A stretch of 64,000 nt of DNA from Takakia lepidozioides (taxonomy: Eukaryota; Plantae; Bryophyta), in assembly GCA_030704615.1 (NCBI GenBank), contig CM060734.1:52080001-52144000 (forward strand), written 5' to 3'. Numbering within the stretch: the first letter of the stretch is position 1; the number at the start of each line of letters is the position of its first letter. Position numbers and translations under genes: made by a program. This document shows, in pieces, positions 9,566 to 21,679 of the stretch. The notes under the pieces were generated by a model. It was not told the origin of the DNA. It worked only from the letters and a program-made list of their open reading frames with translations, and made no database searches.

Positions 9566-12500
9566 TCAGAAGTAAATTTGCCGGCATTGAGAAGTCGTAC
9601 TCTCAGATGGGCAATAAGGGCACTTGAATCTCCGAGAGTTGCCCTTGGCAAGCTTAAGGATTGATTGCTTGCACAATACATGGCCACAAGGCATCAGCAT
9701 GGGAGGATTCTCTGCAGTGCTCTGGTCACGTGATACGGGACACGCAAATATGGAATGAAACTGGTACGCTTTGTCTACTTCAATTTCAACTGGTAACTGC
9801 TTCATAGTTTGCCATTCCTGCCACCATCAGCCAAAAAATTACTTGCATCAGCTTCGTCACCTAATACCCTCCAGCCAAACCTCACATTCAGCTGCCTTAA
9901 GCTTGTCTTCAAAAGAGCCAAGAATAAGTGTGCAATCACAAAGCTAGTTGTGAAGGTGAGAACAGCAGACTCAGAATACACAAAATGTGCATGGGAGTCA
10001 GAGTCAGAGCGCACAAAATAGCCAGAGAGGAGACAGAAGAAAAGGTTTATGACATACCGAGAGAGAGAGAATGTACTCATAAGATGTTGTTTTCCATAGC
10101 CTTGTGGCCATAGACCGCACCCAGTTTGGGTGGAACAAAAGGGAACTTATAATACCTTCGTGAGGGGCTCACTCAGGTAGTGTGACTTACCTTGATAGAG
10201 ACAATTAGTTCAGGTTTTCCAGATATCCTTTAGAAAGCCCTTCACACACGCATCAACTTGCGGTGTGTGAGCTGCCCAGCAATTAGACCCCAACAGGCCC
10301 AGGGATATAGGCTCAGCCTCCAGTTGGTGAACCGAGAGCATAAAACGTTGTTGCCATGCCCTTGTGGTCATAGACCCCGCGCCCAGCTTGGACAGAAACA
10401 TAGGTAATAGACACTACCTTTGTGAGGGGTTCGCTACAGTAGTGTGACTTACCTTGATATAAACAATTAGTTCGGGCTTCTCCAGATATCCTCTAGGACA
10501 CCCTTTACACAAGCATCAATTTGCTGTGTGTGAGCACCCAAAGTTAGACCACGACAGGGCCAGGGCTTTAGGCTCAGCGTCGAGATGAAAGTAGGTGAAC
10601 AGAGGTGCAGGAACTGAGAACTCAACAAGATTCACTTCCAAGGAAAAACATATTCTCTGACCTGCTTCTTGTTTGCCATCACTGTGGCCAGTTTTGTCAA
10701 TGTTGGGAGAGCTTGCAGTCCAGCTGAAACTGTTACATGTAGTGGGCTTTCATAGGCCTGGCCTAGAAGGTCGCAACACTCCCTTGTGAACTCAAGGGCA
10801 ACTGCGTCCCAGTGCGAGGGTGCAAGCAAATCTGAGTAAGGGGAAGCCTCCAGGTGGCTTGCCCAGAGGAGGCAACCCATCAGCCTTTGTATCTCTGCCA
10901 AGTACTGAACTGCAAACGGACCGAAGTAACTCCTTGCATACTGGAGTGCCGCTACGCTTCCCGCCTTGTTTAGCACATGCACAAACTGTAGCTGGTGCAG
11001 TTGGAACTCTAGCGCTGATCCCTGTTCACTTAACACGTCGCTAATTTAAAGTTTGCTTTAATGCACAGAAGCATCATGTTAAGTGTATCAGGCATTTATA
11101 CCACAGGGTTCTGTGAAAGACCTGAAAAGACAAGGGGCATCGGAGGCAAAAAGGCAAGCTTCTAGGATCATCAATCTAAGATACTAAGATACCCCAAGAT
11201 ACCATAAAATCCAAGAGGGCTTCCTCCCCTGCCAAGTTTGAAGTTCTTTCAATCATCCATGCTTCCCATTTCTTGCAATAAAAACAAGTGGGGAGCAACT
11301 AAGACTCGAAACAATGCCTCTACCCTGATAATGTCAATATGGCTTTGACATCCAACCCATCAAAATCTATTACAGCAAGGGAGCTACATATACCTTAAGC
11401 TCCAATTGATACAACAGCTGCTCAAGGTCAATGGACAAATAAGGTGTTGATGGCCAACAAACCCATGCATGCACAACGAAACTTGAAACTCAGAGGAAAG
11501 ACAAATGAAAGTACACCTTCGTTTGCAATGCAAGTCGGTTTTGCCTTGCCCAATCAAGAGCTGATTGCAAGTTCTTGGAGCGTAATTGCTCCAAAATCTG
11601 GTACATTTCATAAAAAGGAGTCTTAAGTTTTGCCCCATTGGATTCGTCAGTTTCCTTCACGAAGCAGTCACCAAGATCAAATAGGCCTTGCCGGTAGAAA
11701 TGCAGAGCAATAATTTGGTTGAGCAGATGACCATCAAATACAATCTCTCTGTATGCTTTCGCTATATCTGTAGAGAAGGCTTTGTCCAACATTTTTCCAT
11801 ACTTAATTGCTGCTAGGTTCACCTCCTTCTGAGATACACTGACCTGCGATAAAGAGGCTCAAATTAAAAATCCTGTGAGACTGTCACATGAAGCACATTT
11901 TCGCTGTCTCTGCTTTGTCCTGTTCGTATTGCACCATACATGTTCACATTTGCTCTCACCTAGTGGGCACTTCAATCTTCTAGCTAGTAGCAGTATATGA
12001 GTATCAGTGCAAGTGGCAAACAGTCGGACTATGGTTCTCACCTTCTGCGAGGAAAATACTCAATCCACTTTTGCAAGCTCCTCATCACACAGAACTGCAT
12101 ACGGACAATTTCTGCGCTAAATGGAACTGCATACTAGAAATGTTGTTGGACTGCAGTAGGACACTTAAGAGTAATAGCCTATAGGAGTAACGACAGCTCT
12201 TTGCTGCAGTCCTATTTGGATTACCCATTTGTATAAGATATGCATGGCTTACAACGAGGATAAGATAGTTTCTAGAACAGGGGACATCGGCACTAGAGAA
12301 ATGCAAGAACAACCACACATCGCATCGCATAGCATAATACAGAAGCATTGCTCAACCGTACTTCCGAACCATTCTCAGGGAGTGTCACCCTTGGTGCATA
12401 ATTAGGGACTCTTGACCGTAGTCAGCATGGTAAAAGATTGGACACCAACTTCACTACCCACTCGCACTACAGCAATTCGTTCGCAAAATTTCACCTGATT

Positions 12501-12710
12501 CAATGCGCCAATCTCCGTCAATTGTCCCTGCAAGCCCGTCAACGAATTGTTCTGACTCGCCATGGACCACTCTGAATGCTCAAGAATCTGCTTTGCAACT
12601 AACTCAATTTCATGAAGCAGTTTGTCAATGACATCTTGAGTCTTCGAGTAGGAGAGTTTCTGCTTTTTAGATACTCGATCAAATGCATCCCGAATAGAAG
12701 TTAAATCCAT
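9566..12710 (-). CDS. RMD5: RMD5/GID2 (RMND5) homologue, CTLH/GID E3 ligase RING subunit, copy A
   Basis: Exons 12710-12495, 11843-11517, 11021-10662, 9817-9566 give 384 aa plus stop. LisH (LNQIIALHFYRQGLFDLGDCF), CTLH/CRA and degenerate RING (FHSIFACPVSRDQ...MLMPCGHVLC...FKCPYCP). All introns GT-AG, phase 0. Confidence 0.95.
10065..10620 (-). mobile_element. Two tandem 3' fragments of the non-LTR (RTEX/CR1-like) element, in RMD5-A intron 3
   Basis: Reverse complement matches the family 3' end (...ctatggccacaaggctatggaaaacaacatcttatgagtacattctctctc) and the LEAEP...DACVKGFL.DIWKT coding tail, twice. Confidence 0.8.
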
Positions 12711-13007
12711 AGCTCCTTTCTCCCAAACTACTTTCAACCCTATATCCCTATGAGCCTCTTATCCAAGAAACCCACGAACTCGATGCATCACCAGCGCCTC
12801 TTTGCTCATCCAAGAAACCCACAAGCTAGGGCACGGTGCCAATCCCTCCTTGCTTTGGGGTTGTAGTGTCTATTTTCGTCCCTGGGCTATATCAAGCACT
12901 GCCCTTTGTAAATGACTTCCTTTCTCCGTCGCTGGATTAGGTCTGGATTACGTAGCATTACGGCCTCCGCTCGGGGCATTTTCGTAATCTGCGCAGGGGC
13001 CTATATG

Positions 13008-13085
13008 CCTCATGGCTCTCAAATGAAAAGGGGTTATTTTTCCCCCTCCTCAAGAAAGGATAAGCTGTCGCTCCCAGATTTCCTG
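13008..13085 (+). mobile_element. Fragment of the SINE seen at 33175-33405
   Basis: ctcatggc..aaatgaaa.ggggtta....ttccccctcctcaag...tgtcgctcccagatttcct is shared with 33302-33383. Confidence 0.55.
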
Positions 13086-14894
13086 TGCCTGACTTCCTGT
13101 GCCCTTTTTCAAAAGCTTCCTTCTTGTACGCACGTTGAAACGTTGAGAGATATGGAAGGATCATGATGGGTTATAGGCTGCCACTCAACAGAAAATATGG
13201 AGCTTGGCTGACGGTGATCATAGAGCTCTAATCGGATTACACTGGAAACCGAGTGGATTGTGAAGCATCACTTTATATTTGCTCGTGGATGCACCCTGAC
13301 AAGTTCTTTTGTATGCAAGGCACAGGCATTCAAGAGATGGGCTAGAATTTGAGTAGTCACAATGAACCGGTTAGAGGCTCATGACCTGCCTCATAACTAA
13401 TGTCTGCATACAGAGCAACAAAGGTTGCTCTCATGGTGCTTCCCGCTTCGCCTTCAGCACCCACATGCGCACGGATGGGAGCGTGCTTCGGGGAACTTCT
13501 AGTGCGCGCGCAGGGAGGGCCCCTTGCTGTGGACGGGCGGGAGGCCTCACATCATAGAGCAGAGTAACAGGCCAGGCTATGGAGCTGAAATGGGCATCCG
13601 GCTTCTCAATGCCGAGCCCGACGCCCTTGTAAGGGATAGCTATTACACATTCCCAGCGCCCCGGGAAAGAGAAGAAAGGAATAGACATGGATATTTCGTG
13701 GGTTTGTAACTTGTATGTGAGCCAGGTCCTTGACCCATCCCTGCAGGACTACCTACACCCCCATGTGTAGGGGGACCACACAGACCTCTACGGCAGGTGA
13801 GAGCAATCAATTGTCTGTACACTGATCAAGGGCAGTTTGCCTTGCAGTTACTGGACTTCTCTGGACTGCATTGTATCTCCAGTTTTTTGTTTTTTTGTTT
13901 TTAAATAAAAAAAATGGAATCTCCAGTTGCTTAACGAATGACAGTCCTCTCTTTTGTCACGAAAAAACAGCAAAAGCGAAAGCAACAATTCTTTTCTCAC
14001 TGTTTTCTTATAGTAGGTTGGTTGAGAGGAGGTCTTTTAAGGGGTCATGCAGGTTATTTGTGTGATGCTCGTAGCTGGGTACAAGGTATAGAGTTCATAC
14101 TTTGGATATGAAACAATTGTCCTGCGTAGAATGCAGGATCATATCTATGGAAGACCTCTAGCATTTCTTTATGGCAAAATTGGCTTAATGCATAGGAATT
14201 GACTTGTAGAGCGATAGGAGGTTATTACCAGTGTTGGGCGGTTCTTGCCTTTGTGAAGGAACCTTCGGTTCCGATTCCACAAATTTTTGAAGAGACGGTT
14301 CTGGATCCGGATCCGGTTATTTTTTATTAAGGCGGTTCCGGTCCGGTTCAGGTTCTGACTTTTTAACATGGGGGCGGTTCCGGTTACCGGTTAGTTGCTG
14401 GAAAAAAAACACCGGTTCCGGTTAGGTTCCGGTTCTTCTTTAAAAATATTTTTTTTAATTTTTTTATTCTTCTGGAAAATTAGATGAACTGATCTGATTG
14501 GTCATACTGAATATTCAGAATTTTCAACTAAAACCAGGGAATTTATTAGTAAAACAGAAGTAAATAAACTTAAATGTTTTTTGTGATTGTCTTTTATGGT
14601 AAGTTAAATACGCATGGTCTCCATTAAAAACGGAAAACCAGAGATTTTATAAGTTTTCGTACGGTGTAGCAAAGAACAACTAAAATCTATGGTTACCTTT
14701 TATGGTGCAGCAAAAGCACAACTAAAAAAAACTACATAAATTTTTGTTTTTGGGATGATGCTTTGTCGATATAGCATACAACAAACTAAGTACACGGATG
14801 TCACTGAAATTTTCAATAAAAATGACAAATAAACAAACTCCAATCAAAGGAGTATAGTGTAATATGTTGAACAATAATTTGTCTCTAAGACAAA

Positions 14895-17710
14895 TCATTC
14901 TACCTCAAAGAGGTTTGTCTCTGCAATCAAGTCCTCATTCTCATCTAAGAGGACTTCTTCCCTATCCAAAAACTCTTTCATGGAAGTACTAAAGCAACCA
15001 ACTCTAGCATCATTTGGCCAATTCTTGACTACACTCACAATCATATCAAGGTTTTCAATATTTAACCTGCACCGTCTGACACCTGCAATACTAAAAACCC
15101 TCTCGGCTTCAATCTGAGATCCAACTATGCCCAAGATTAGCCATGCCAAAAATCCCACATACGGAAAGAGAGACTCGTGTTCTTTCCACCATTTCAAAGG
15201 AGCCACACACTCACCTTCAATTATCTTCGTCCTTCTGAAATGTGATAGTTGTTCTCTCACTACTGTCAATGTCATGTCTTCATTGTGGTCATGCACACCA
15301 AATAAGGACATCTCGTCCATTGTGGAAGTGGGCTGTGATTGGGCCGGAGTATCCGGATGTAAGACCTTGAAACATTTTACTAAAAGAGGCTCTAACACCA
15401 TGCTATCATATTGGGACACAATATGCAAAGCACGCTCTTTGCCCACATATTGTGATACCAATGACAACCCCTTGTAACGTGGGTCAAGCATAAGCGCGAG
15501 CATATTGTGAGCTTTGCGCGATTGAAACCCTTCAAAAAAAATAAAAAATGGTTCCAAGACATATACCACCTCTCGAATCATCCGCCATTCCAACAATGTC
15601 AACTCTGTTGAGAAATCCCTCATGCAATGATCCACAGTTGCAGCCCTGGGAGCACTACATCCTCGCATGCGAATTGTTGTGCAATGGCTGCATTAAGAGC
15701 ATCGGACAACAGCCAAAATCCCCCAGATTGATTCATAATGCACTCATGAACCACAGGCCCTAGAACTATAGAAATTGATTGGGCAATGGTCCACACTTGT
15801 GGACTTGGTATGCGAGACTGCAGTGCCAATGAGGTTTGCCTAGAGTAACAAGTGATTATGGCTTGCCTAAACTCCAAAGTCTCTTGGAAGATGATCACCT
15901 TGGAAGCAAACCGTGTCTTCACCGGAGTCTTCAATTTGGGGGATGAATGTCGCTGTCCACACATGCCTTTGCCCATTCTTGTCTCCCTTTGTCATTTTTT
16001 TTTGTCCAAGTAATGGTTTTTTGCAACTCTGATTGGGCATTTTTTATAGAAACCGATCTCATATCTGTGCATACTTTTGCATCATTTGTTGCATACTGGC
16101 AACACTTGGACATTGCATGCCCAAAACAGCTACCCAAAATGGAGAATCCAACCCCAAACACGCACATGAGACCACCGAATTCAAAGCATTGGTCAAAGTG
16201 GCCAAGTTATCTCCCTCATCTTTGACGTAAGCAATAATGCGAGTATTGAGGCCATACTTCACAAGAAGATTCTTGACTTGATGTGCCATGGCAGCCCCAG
16301 GTGTGTCAGGTGTCTCAAACATGCCAAGAGTCACATGACATTGCTCCCATTGTTCATTAATAAAGTGCGCTATGATGACAAAAGTGTCAGTTCCCCCTCT
16401 TGACATCCACAAATCAAAACTCACAGAGCAAGTAGCACAATTCTGAAGAGATGGGGACATGTAGCGCTCTTTCGTCTTCTCTGCCAAGATTGGAATGGCC
16501 TCATTCACAAATGTCCGTCGACAAGGGAAAACAATCCGAGGATTTTGCCTCATCACCATCCATCTTAGCCAAGGGGATTCTATCAAAGACAGTGGAACCA
16601 ACTCCTTTGCAATGAACAAGACTAAATCCTCATTGAACTGCTTCTGTTGATCATCATTTTGGTTGTATTTCCCGAACTTCTCGTCGATGCTGTCTCGACG
16701 CTGCCCCCCTGTGCTTGGCCACCTTCTACCTGCGCCAATGAGTGAGGCGCCAGTGGCATAGAGCGGCAGGTCAGGTTACTATGGCCAGCACAAGTTTGTC
16801 GTTCTAAGACGTGGGGACAAACAATAAGCCTTTTGTAAATAATTGAAGAGGATGCATGCGTAGTAGTGATGCACAGGTATACTACTGTGTAGCTGCTCAG
16901 TTCGTATGTAGTCTCTCCCTTTGTGGGAGTCATGCTACCCTAAATAGCTACATACAAGAAGGCTTTACGCCATTAATAATTTGCAGAGGGTGCTGCACAT
17001 ACTGGTGTAGTCTGTAGCTCAGTTTGTATGCCCTCTCTCCGTCTGCGGAGTCCTGTAAATACCATTACACAATTACATACTCATGAATTGAGTTGTTCTT
17101 AAACTCCATGCTGTCTGTGCAGTGCAGTGCGCATAGTAAGGAAATGGTGCAGCAGTGTATGAGCTCAAAAGAAGCTATGTTTCTAGGAGTGGGGCCGGGC
17201 CTCTTTTTTGCTGGCCTACGGGCCTTCTCAGGTCCTTCATTTTCCCTCTCAATCCACCTACGCAAAACAATGTCATGTTCTTGATCCACATGCTTTCGAA
17301 GGGCAGATATACCATTGGTTTTGTTATAGGTCACAATGCCCTTCTTGCTTGCAAGAGTGACACCAACAGGATGACATAGAACACACCTCATAATTGTTGT
17401 GGATTTGTTATGTCCACTGAGCAGAGTCTTTTGTTGCATAGAATGCCAATGTCGAAGCAGTGCGATTGTGGGCTTCCAAAAATCCCGTTGTTTTTCAATT
17501 ACTGGAAGCTGCGCCTCCACATCCAACACCGTGTGTGATGGCGAAACTGTGGAAGATGACATTGCAGCCGAGGCTTGAAGAGCTGATGTAAATGAGGCTG
17601 CATGATGAGCATCCTCCGCAACATGGCTCCACCAAAGCTCTCTCATTATCAACATTGATGTCAGGAACAACTTCCATTTCTAGTTCATCGAAAATATTGG
17701 GCTCCATGAC
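14895..17710 (-). pseudogene. hAT transposase with frameshifts (BED finger, DDE core, hATC dimerisation domain)
   Basis: MRCVLCH...YNKTNGISALRKHVDQEH (BED); SVSFDLWMS; AYVKDEG; CFGHAMSKCCQ; TPVKTRFAS; LDPRYK; PLKWWK...GSQIEAERVFSIAG. Split over several ORFs, with about 480 bp of unrelated sequence near 16680-17160. Confidence 0.9.
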
Positions 17711-18119
17711 ATAAAAAGCTTGTGGAACAACTCCTGTGTAAAAACAATGCAAACAAAGAATCCAAAAATCATTTAATAATTGTGCACAACACATATATTT
17801 ACAAAAGTATGGTATATAGCTGGCCAAAACGAAAGTGTGGGGAGAGACACCGCACTGCTCAATTTATTATTTCATATTGAGCTGATGTTACATACACGGC
17901 CTACATTTAGATCTACGTTATTTTCTTTATCTAGTACATGTACATTTACATTTTCAAATTACAAAAACTTCCTAGCAAGTTGGGGGTGGACGAGTCTTAT
18001 GCTTCAGTGATCAGCTTGGCTACTTCATGCCTCGGGAAATGATCTGCAATGCCCCCACCACATATAAATAAATCAGTCATTGTTGTACCACAACATGAAG
18101 AGTTATAACTAAAAATTAT

Positions 18120-19800
18120 GAAGCTTTAAAGTGGGGTGATTGTCCACAAGAGGTAGGGGCTGGCTGTCAAGCCTTCTTGATATTTGTGCTCCCCTTTCCG
18201 AGTTCAAACTTTCACTATGAGAGGAGGAGCAAATCATCCCTCTGTTGTACCACACATTGGAAAAAATAAAATAAAAAATTAAGCTATTAAAGGGTGGGGG
18301 CTTACCATAGGATGAGGGGGCTGGTTAGCGGGCTCTAAACTCGCACTCCTCCTTCTTGTGTGTGATCTACATAGCAACAGAGTAGGGGGCTGAGCAGCCC
18401 CTTGCTATGCCAATTTTCTGGGAAAAAAAAATATGCAACATTGAATTAGGGGCATGCTTATATGTGTGGTGGAACGGGGGCTGGTTGGCAGGCCTCCCTA
18501 CTTGCCCTCTTTCCCTCCCATGCACGATCTACAATAGTAAAAGAGCAAGGGGCTAATCAGCTCCTCTTATATCACAAACTTAAAATAATTAAGAAAATAA
18601 AGAACAATGAAGGGGAAGTACACGCTGGTAATGGGGGCTGGTTGGCGGGTCAAGAGGCCTCCTATTTTTGCTCCCTTCCCGAGTGCAACATATCACTATG
18701 ATGAAGGGCGAATCAGCCTTTTGTTGTACCACACATTGGAAAGAATAACATTAAAAAACTAAGCTAAAGGGTGGGGGCTTACTACAAGATGAGAGGGGCT
18801 GGTTGACGTGCTTTTTTACTTGCACTGGACCTCCTTCTTGTGTGTGATCTGCATTAGCAACGGCTAATCAGCCCTTGCTATACCAATTTTATGGAAAAAA
18901 TAACTGAAGGGGGATGCTTACATGTGCGGTGCAAGAGGGGCTGGTTGGCCAGCCTTCCTACTTGCCCTCCTTTCCCTCCCATGCACGATCAGCCGTAGCA
19001 CAAGAGCAATGGGCTAATCAGCCCCTCTTTTAACAAAAATTTAAACAATTAAAAAAATAAAGCTCAATGAAAGGGAGTTACAAGCGGGTAATAGGGGCTG
19101 GTTGGCAAGTCCCTCCCTGCTTTGGCCTCCCTCCCTCTCATGCAGAATCTGCCATAACAGAAGCCAAAGGGGCTATCTTATCAACCCCCAATTGTATCAA
19201 GAATTAATTTTTTTTAAAGAAAATGAAAATACTTACCAGTGGGTATTGTGGGCTGGTTGGCGGGGCCCTCCTTGCTTGTGCTCCCTCCAATGTAAAATCT
19301 ACCATAGTGGAGCAAGGGGCTATCAGCCCCTTAGTATATCATCAAAGAAAACAGGAAAAAAAAAAAAAAAAAAAAAAAAATGATGATCAATGATTACCAT
19401 GGACCAATGGGGCTGGATGCAGGTGGGGCCCTCCTTACTCGTCCTCCATGCACCACATGCCATAGCAGAAAAGGAGGAGGCTCATTAGCTTCATGGTGAA
19501 CTAAAGCTAAAAACAGTAAAATAACCAAAAGTGGTGGATGCTTACCAACAAGGGGCGACGGGGCTGGTTGCGCGGGCCCTCCTGCTGGCACTTCCTCCCT
19601 CCAATGCGCCACTTACCACAATACAAGAGCATGGGGCCCATTAGCTCCGCTGAACCAAAAAATTAAAAAAAAACAAGAACATGGTGGATTCTCACCAACA
19701 ACAAGCGACGGCTGGTTGGCGGGGCCCTCCTGCTCACACTCCCTCCCTTTGTGTCCACCACCTGCCACAACAGCAGAAGAGAGATCAGCCCCCTCTTGTG
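18120..19800. repeat. Degenerate tandem array of ~155-160-bp units inside the hAT element
   Basis: GGCTGG(T)T core recurs at about 18159, 18319, 18479, 18637, 18797, 18939, 19096, 19251, 19410, 19562 and 19710, each followed by a GGGCT(A)ATCAGCCCC-like motif and an A-tract. Confidence 0.85.
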
Positions 19801-20360
19801 CAATAAACTGAGAAGAAAAGAAACAAACAACACATTAAATCAATCAACCTAAGAGGGAAAGAGAAGGGAGATGGAATTGAAATGAGAGCGAGAGAGAAAT
19901 CAAACACATAAAGTAGGAGATGGAGACACAGAACACGAACCTTACATGGACTGGAGTAGCGAGCAAGATGTATGCGAGAGAGAGCGAGCTGGATGAGTTG
20001 TAGAGATACTTAGGGCTACAGCCCACGGGTGGAACCGGAACCGGAACCGCTTTAGAGTCCCCAAACCCCGGTTCCCACACATGTGGTCGTAGCTGGAACC
20101 GCCGGTTCCGGTTCCTACACAATCCCCAATTTCCGGTTCCGGTTCTGCACAGGCGGGTCCGGTTCCGGTCCGGTTCCACATAACCGAAACCGGAACCGAC
20201 GGTTACCCGGGGCCCAGGCGGGTAACCGTCCAACACTGGTTATTACACCTCTCGCCTTTATTCACGTATGAGATTTGGATTCACCGTATCGGGTTTTTCT
20301 TGCACCTATTGACTGATGATAGGTATGTTGCCCCTCCTCTTGGCCTAGACAAAGCCGTTG

Positions 20361-20562
20361 GGCATGAGAATAGGGGAGCACTAGCCCTTCCACCAGGAGT
20401 GACTTGAACTCAGGTACTAGGGGCAGTGGGAGAGGAACATTATCCCTCTTCTCCCTAGGCTTGGGCATGAATAGGGGAACATTAGCCCTTCCACGAGTGA
20501 CTTGAACTCAGGTACTAGGGGCAGTGGGAGAGGAAGATTATCCCTCTCCTCCCTAGGCTTGG
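20361..20562. repeat. ~100-bp tandem duplication
   Basis: ggcatga..tagggga.ca.tagcccttcc..gagtgacttgaactcaggtactaggggcagtgggagaggaa..ttatccctc...ccctaggcttgg occurs twice, head to tail. Confidence 0.85.
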
Positions 20563-20767
20563 TGGGTGCCTTGTGAAGGGATTACCACACATCCCGGCTA
20601 TAGGCGGCTCGGAAGCTTATGCGGTAGGAACTGATAGTAAATAAAAGACTTGGAAGGCAGTTACTTGGTAGATGGTAGAATCTCGTCGGACTTAGGAAAC
20701 ACAAACTCGTCTTTTTTTTTCTTTTTTTTTTCCTTCTGTGTATTGTTCTAAAAAAAAAAAAAAAACA

Positions 20768-21198
20768 GAGCAGAAGTGATTGTCGGTACACTTATGATGA
20801 TTGGCACCGACAATCATTTCTGCTCAGATTTTTCTTTTTAAAGAAAATAACCAAAAAAAAAAAAAAAAAAAAAAACCGAACAGAAGTGATGATCGGTGTT
20901 GACAATCACTTTTGCTCTGCTCTAACAAGTTGAGACACGCTTCCTTGTGCCGCAGCTCCACTCTGGACAGCCGCACTACATTGATTCACTGATGCAAACA
21001 CAGAGCAGAACAGAAGTGATTGTCGGTGCCGATCATCACTTCTGCTCTGTTTTTGTTTTGTTTTTTGTTGCGTATTGTTTATTAATAATATTTTAAATTA
21101 AAAAAAAAACCAGAAATGATGGTCAGTGCCGATCATCACTTCTGATCTGTTTTGGCATTTGGGTAGAGGTGATGATCGTCGACGATCATCACTTCTGT
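20768..21198. repeat. Cluster of five palindromic units (CAGAAGTGAT..TCGG..CCGA..ATCACTTCTG)
   Basis: Self-complementary units at about 20768-20825, 20880-20917, 21010-21050, 21110-21150 and 21165-21198, separated mostly by A/T tracts. Confidence 0.8.
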
Positions 21199-21679
21199 TT
21201 GATACTTGATACTTGATTTCCAAACATGCAAGGGCTTAGTATGTAGACCATATTTAAATCAGTCTATTCCATCTGGACGCCTCAATTCCACTCCGGCTAA
21301 TTTTGATGGTTGGGGATCTGCACTGGGAACTGCTACTATACCTTGTTATCGACTGATACAAAAGCTTGTTGAAACTAGCACGTTCATTCTCCCTTTCATG
21401 GGAGGGATAAAGATCTCACTTCGGCAATCGTACACTTATCAAATCGCAGTTTATGACACGAGGGGCGGCGACGGGATGGATGTTAAAGATGTAGTCTGCA
21501 ATGACTGGAAAAGATAAATCATTCCGCGGAAATATGCACTTACCTCACGCCTCTGGCTCACAATCTAGCACTCCCCCCTTCCGCCTATTCTGTCCGCGGT
21601 TATAGGTCCGTGCCTATGGAAATGACGTGGCATGACGTGACATGGCATCAACCATGCTGGCGAGAACTGCTGACGTGGC

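Larger units (their letters stand above)
14229..20238 (-). mobile_element. hAT-superfamily DNA transposon, 6010 bp, with intact ends
   Basis: Perfect 8-bp TSD GTTATTAC (14221-14228 and 20239-20246). TIR CAGTGTTGG(G/A)CGGTT. Dense subterminal AACCGG/CCGGTT repeats at both ends. Confidence 0.95.

Noticed and set aside
20768-21198. Palindromic repeats with spacers as a CRISPR-like guide array
   Set aside because: Spacers are irregular in length and mostly homopolymeric A/T, and the repeats are degenerate.
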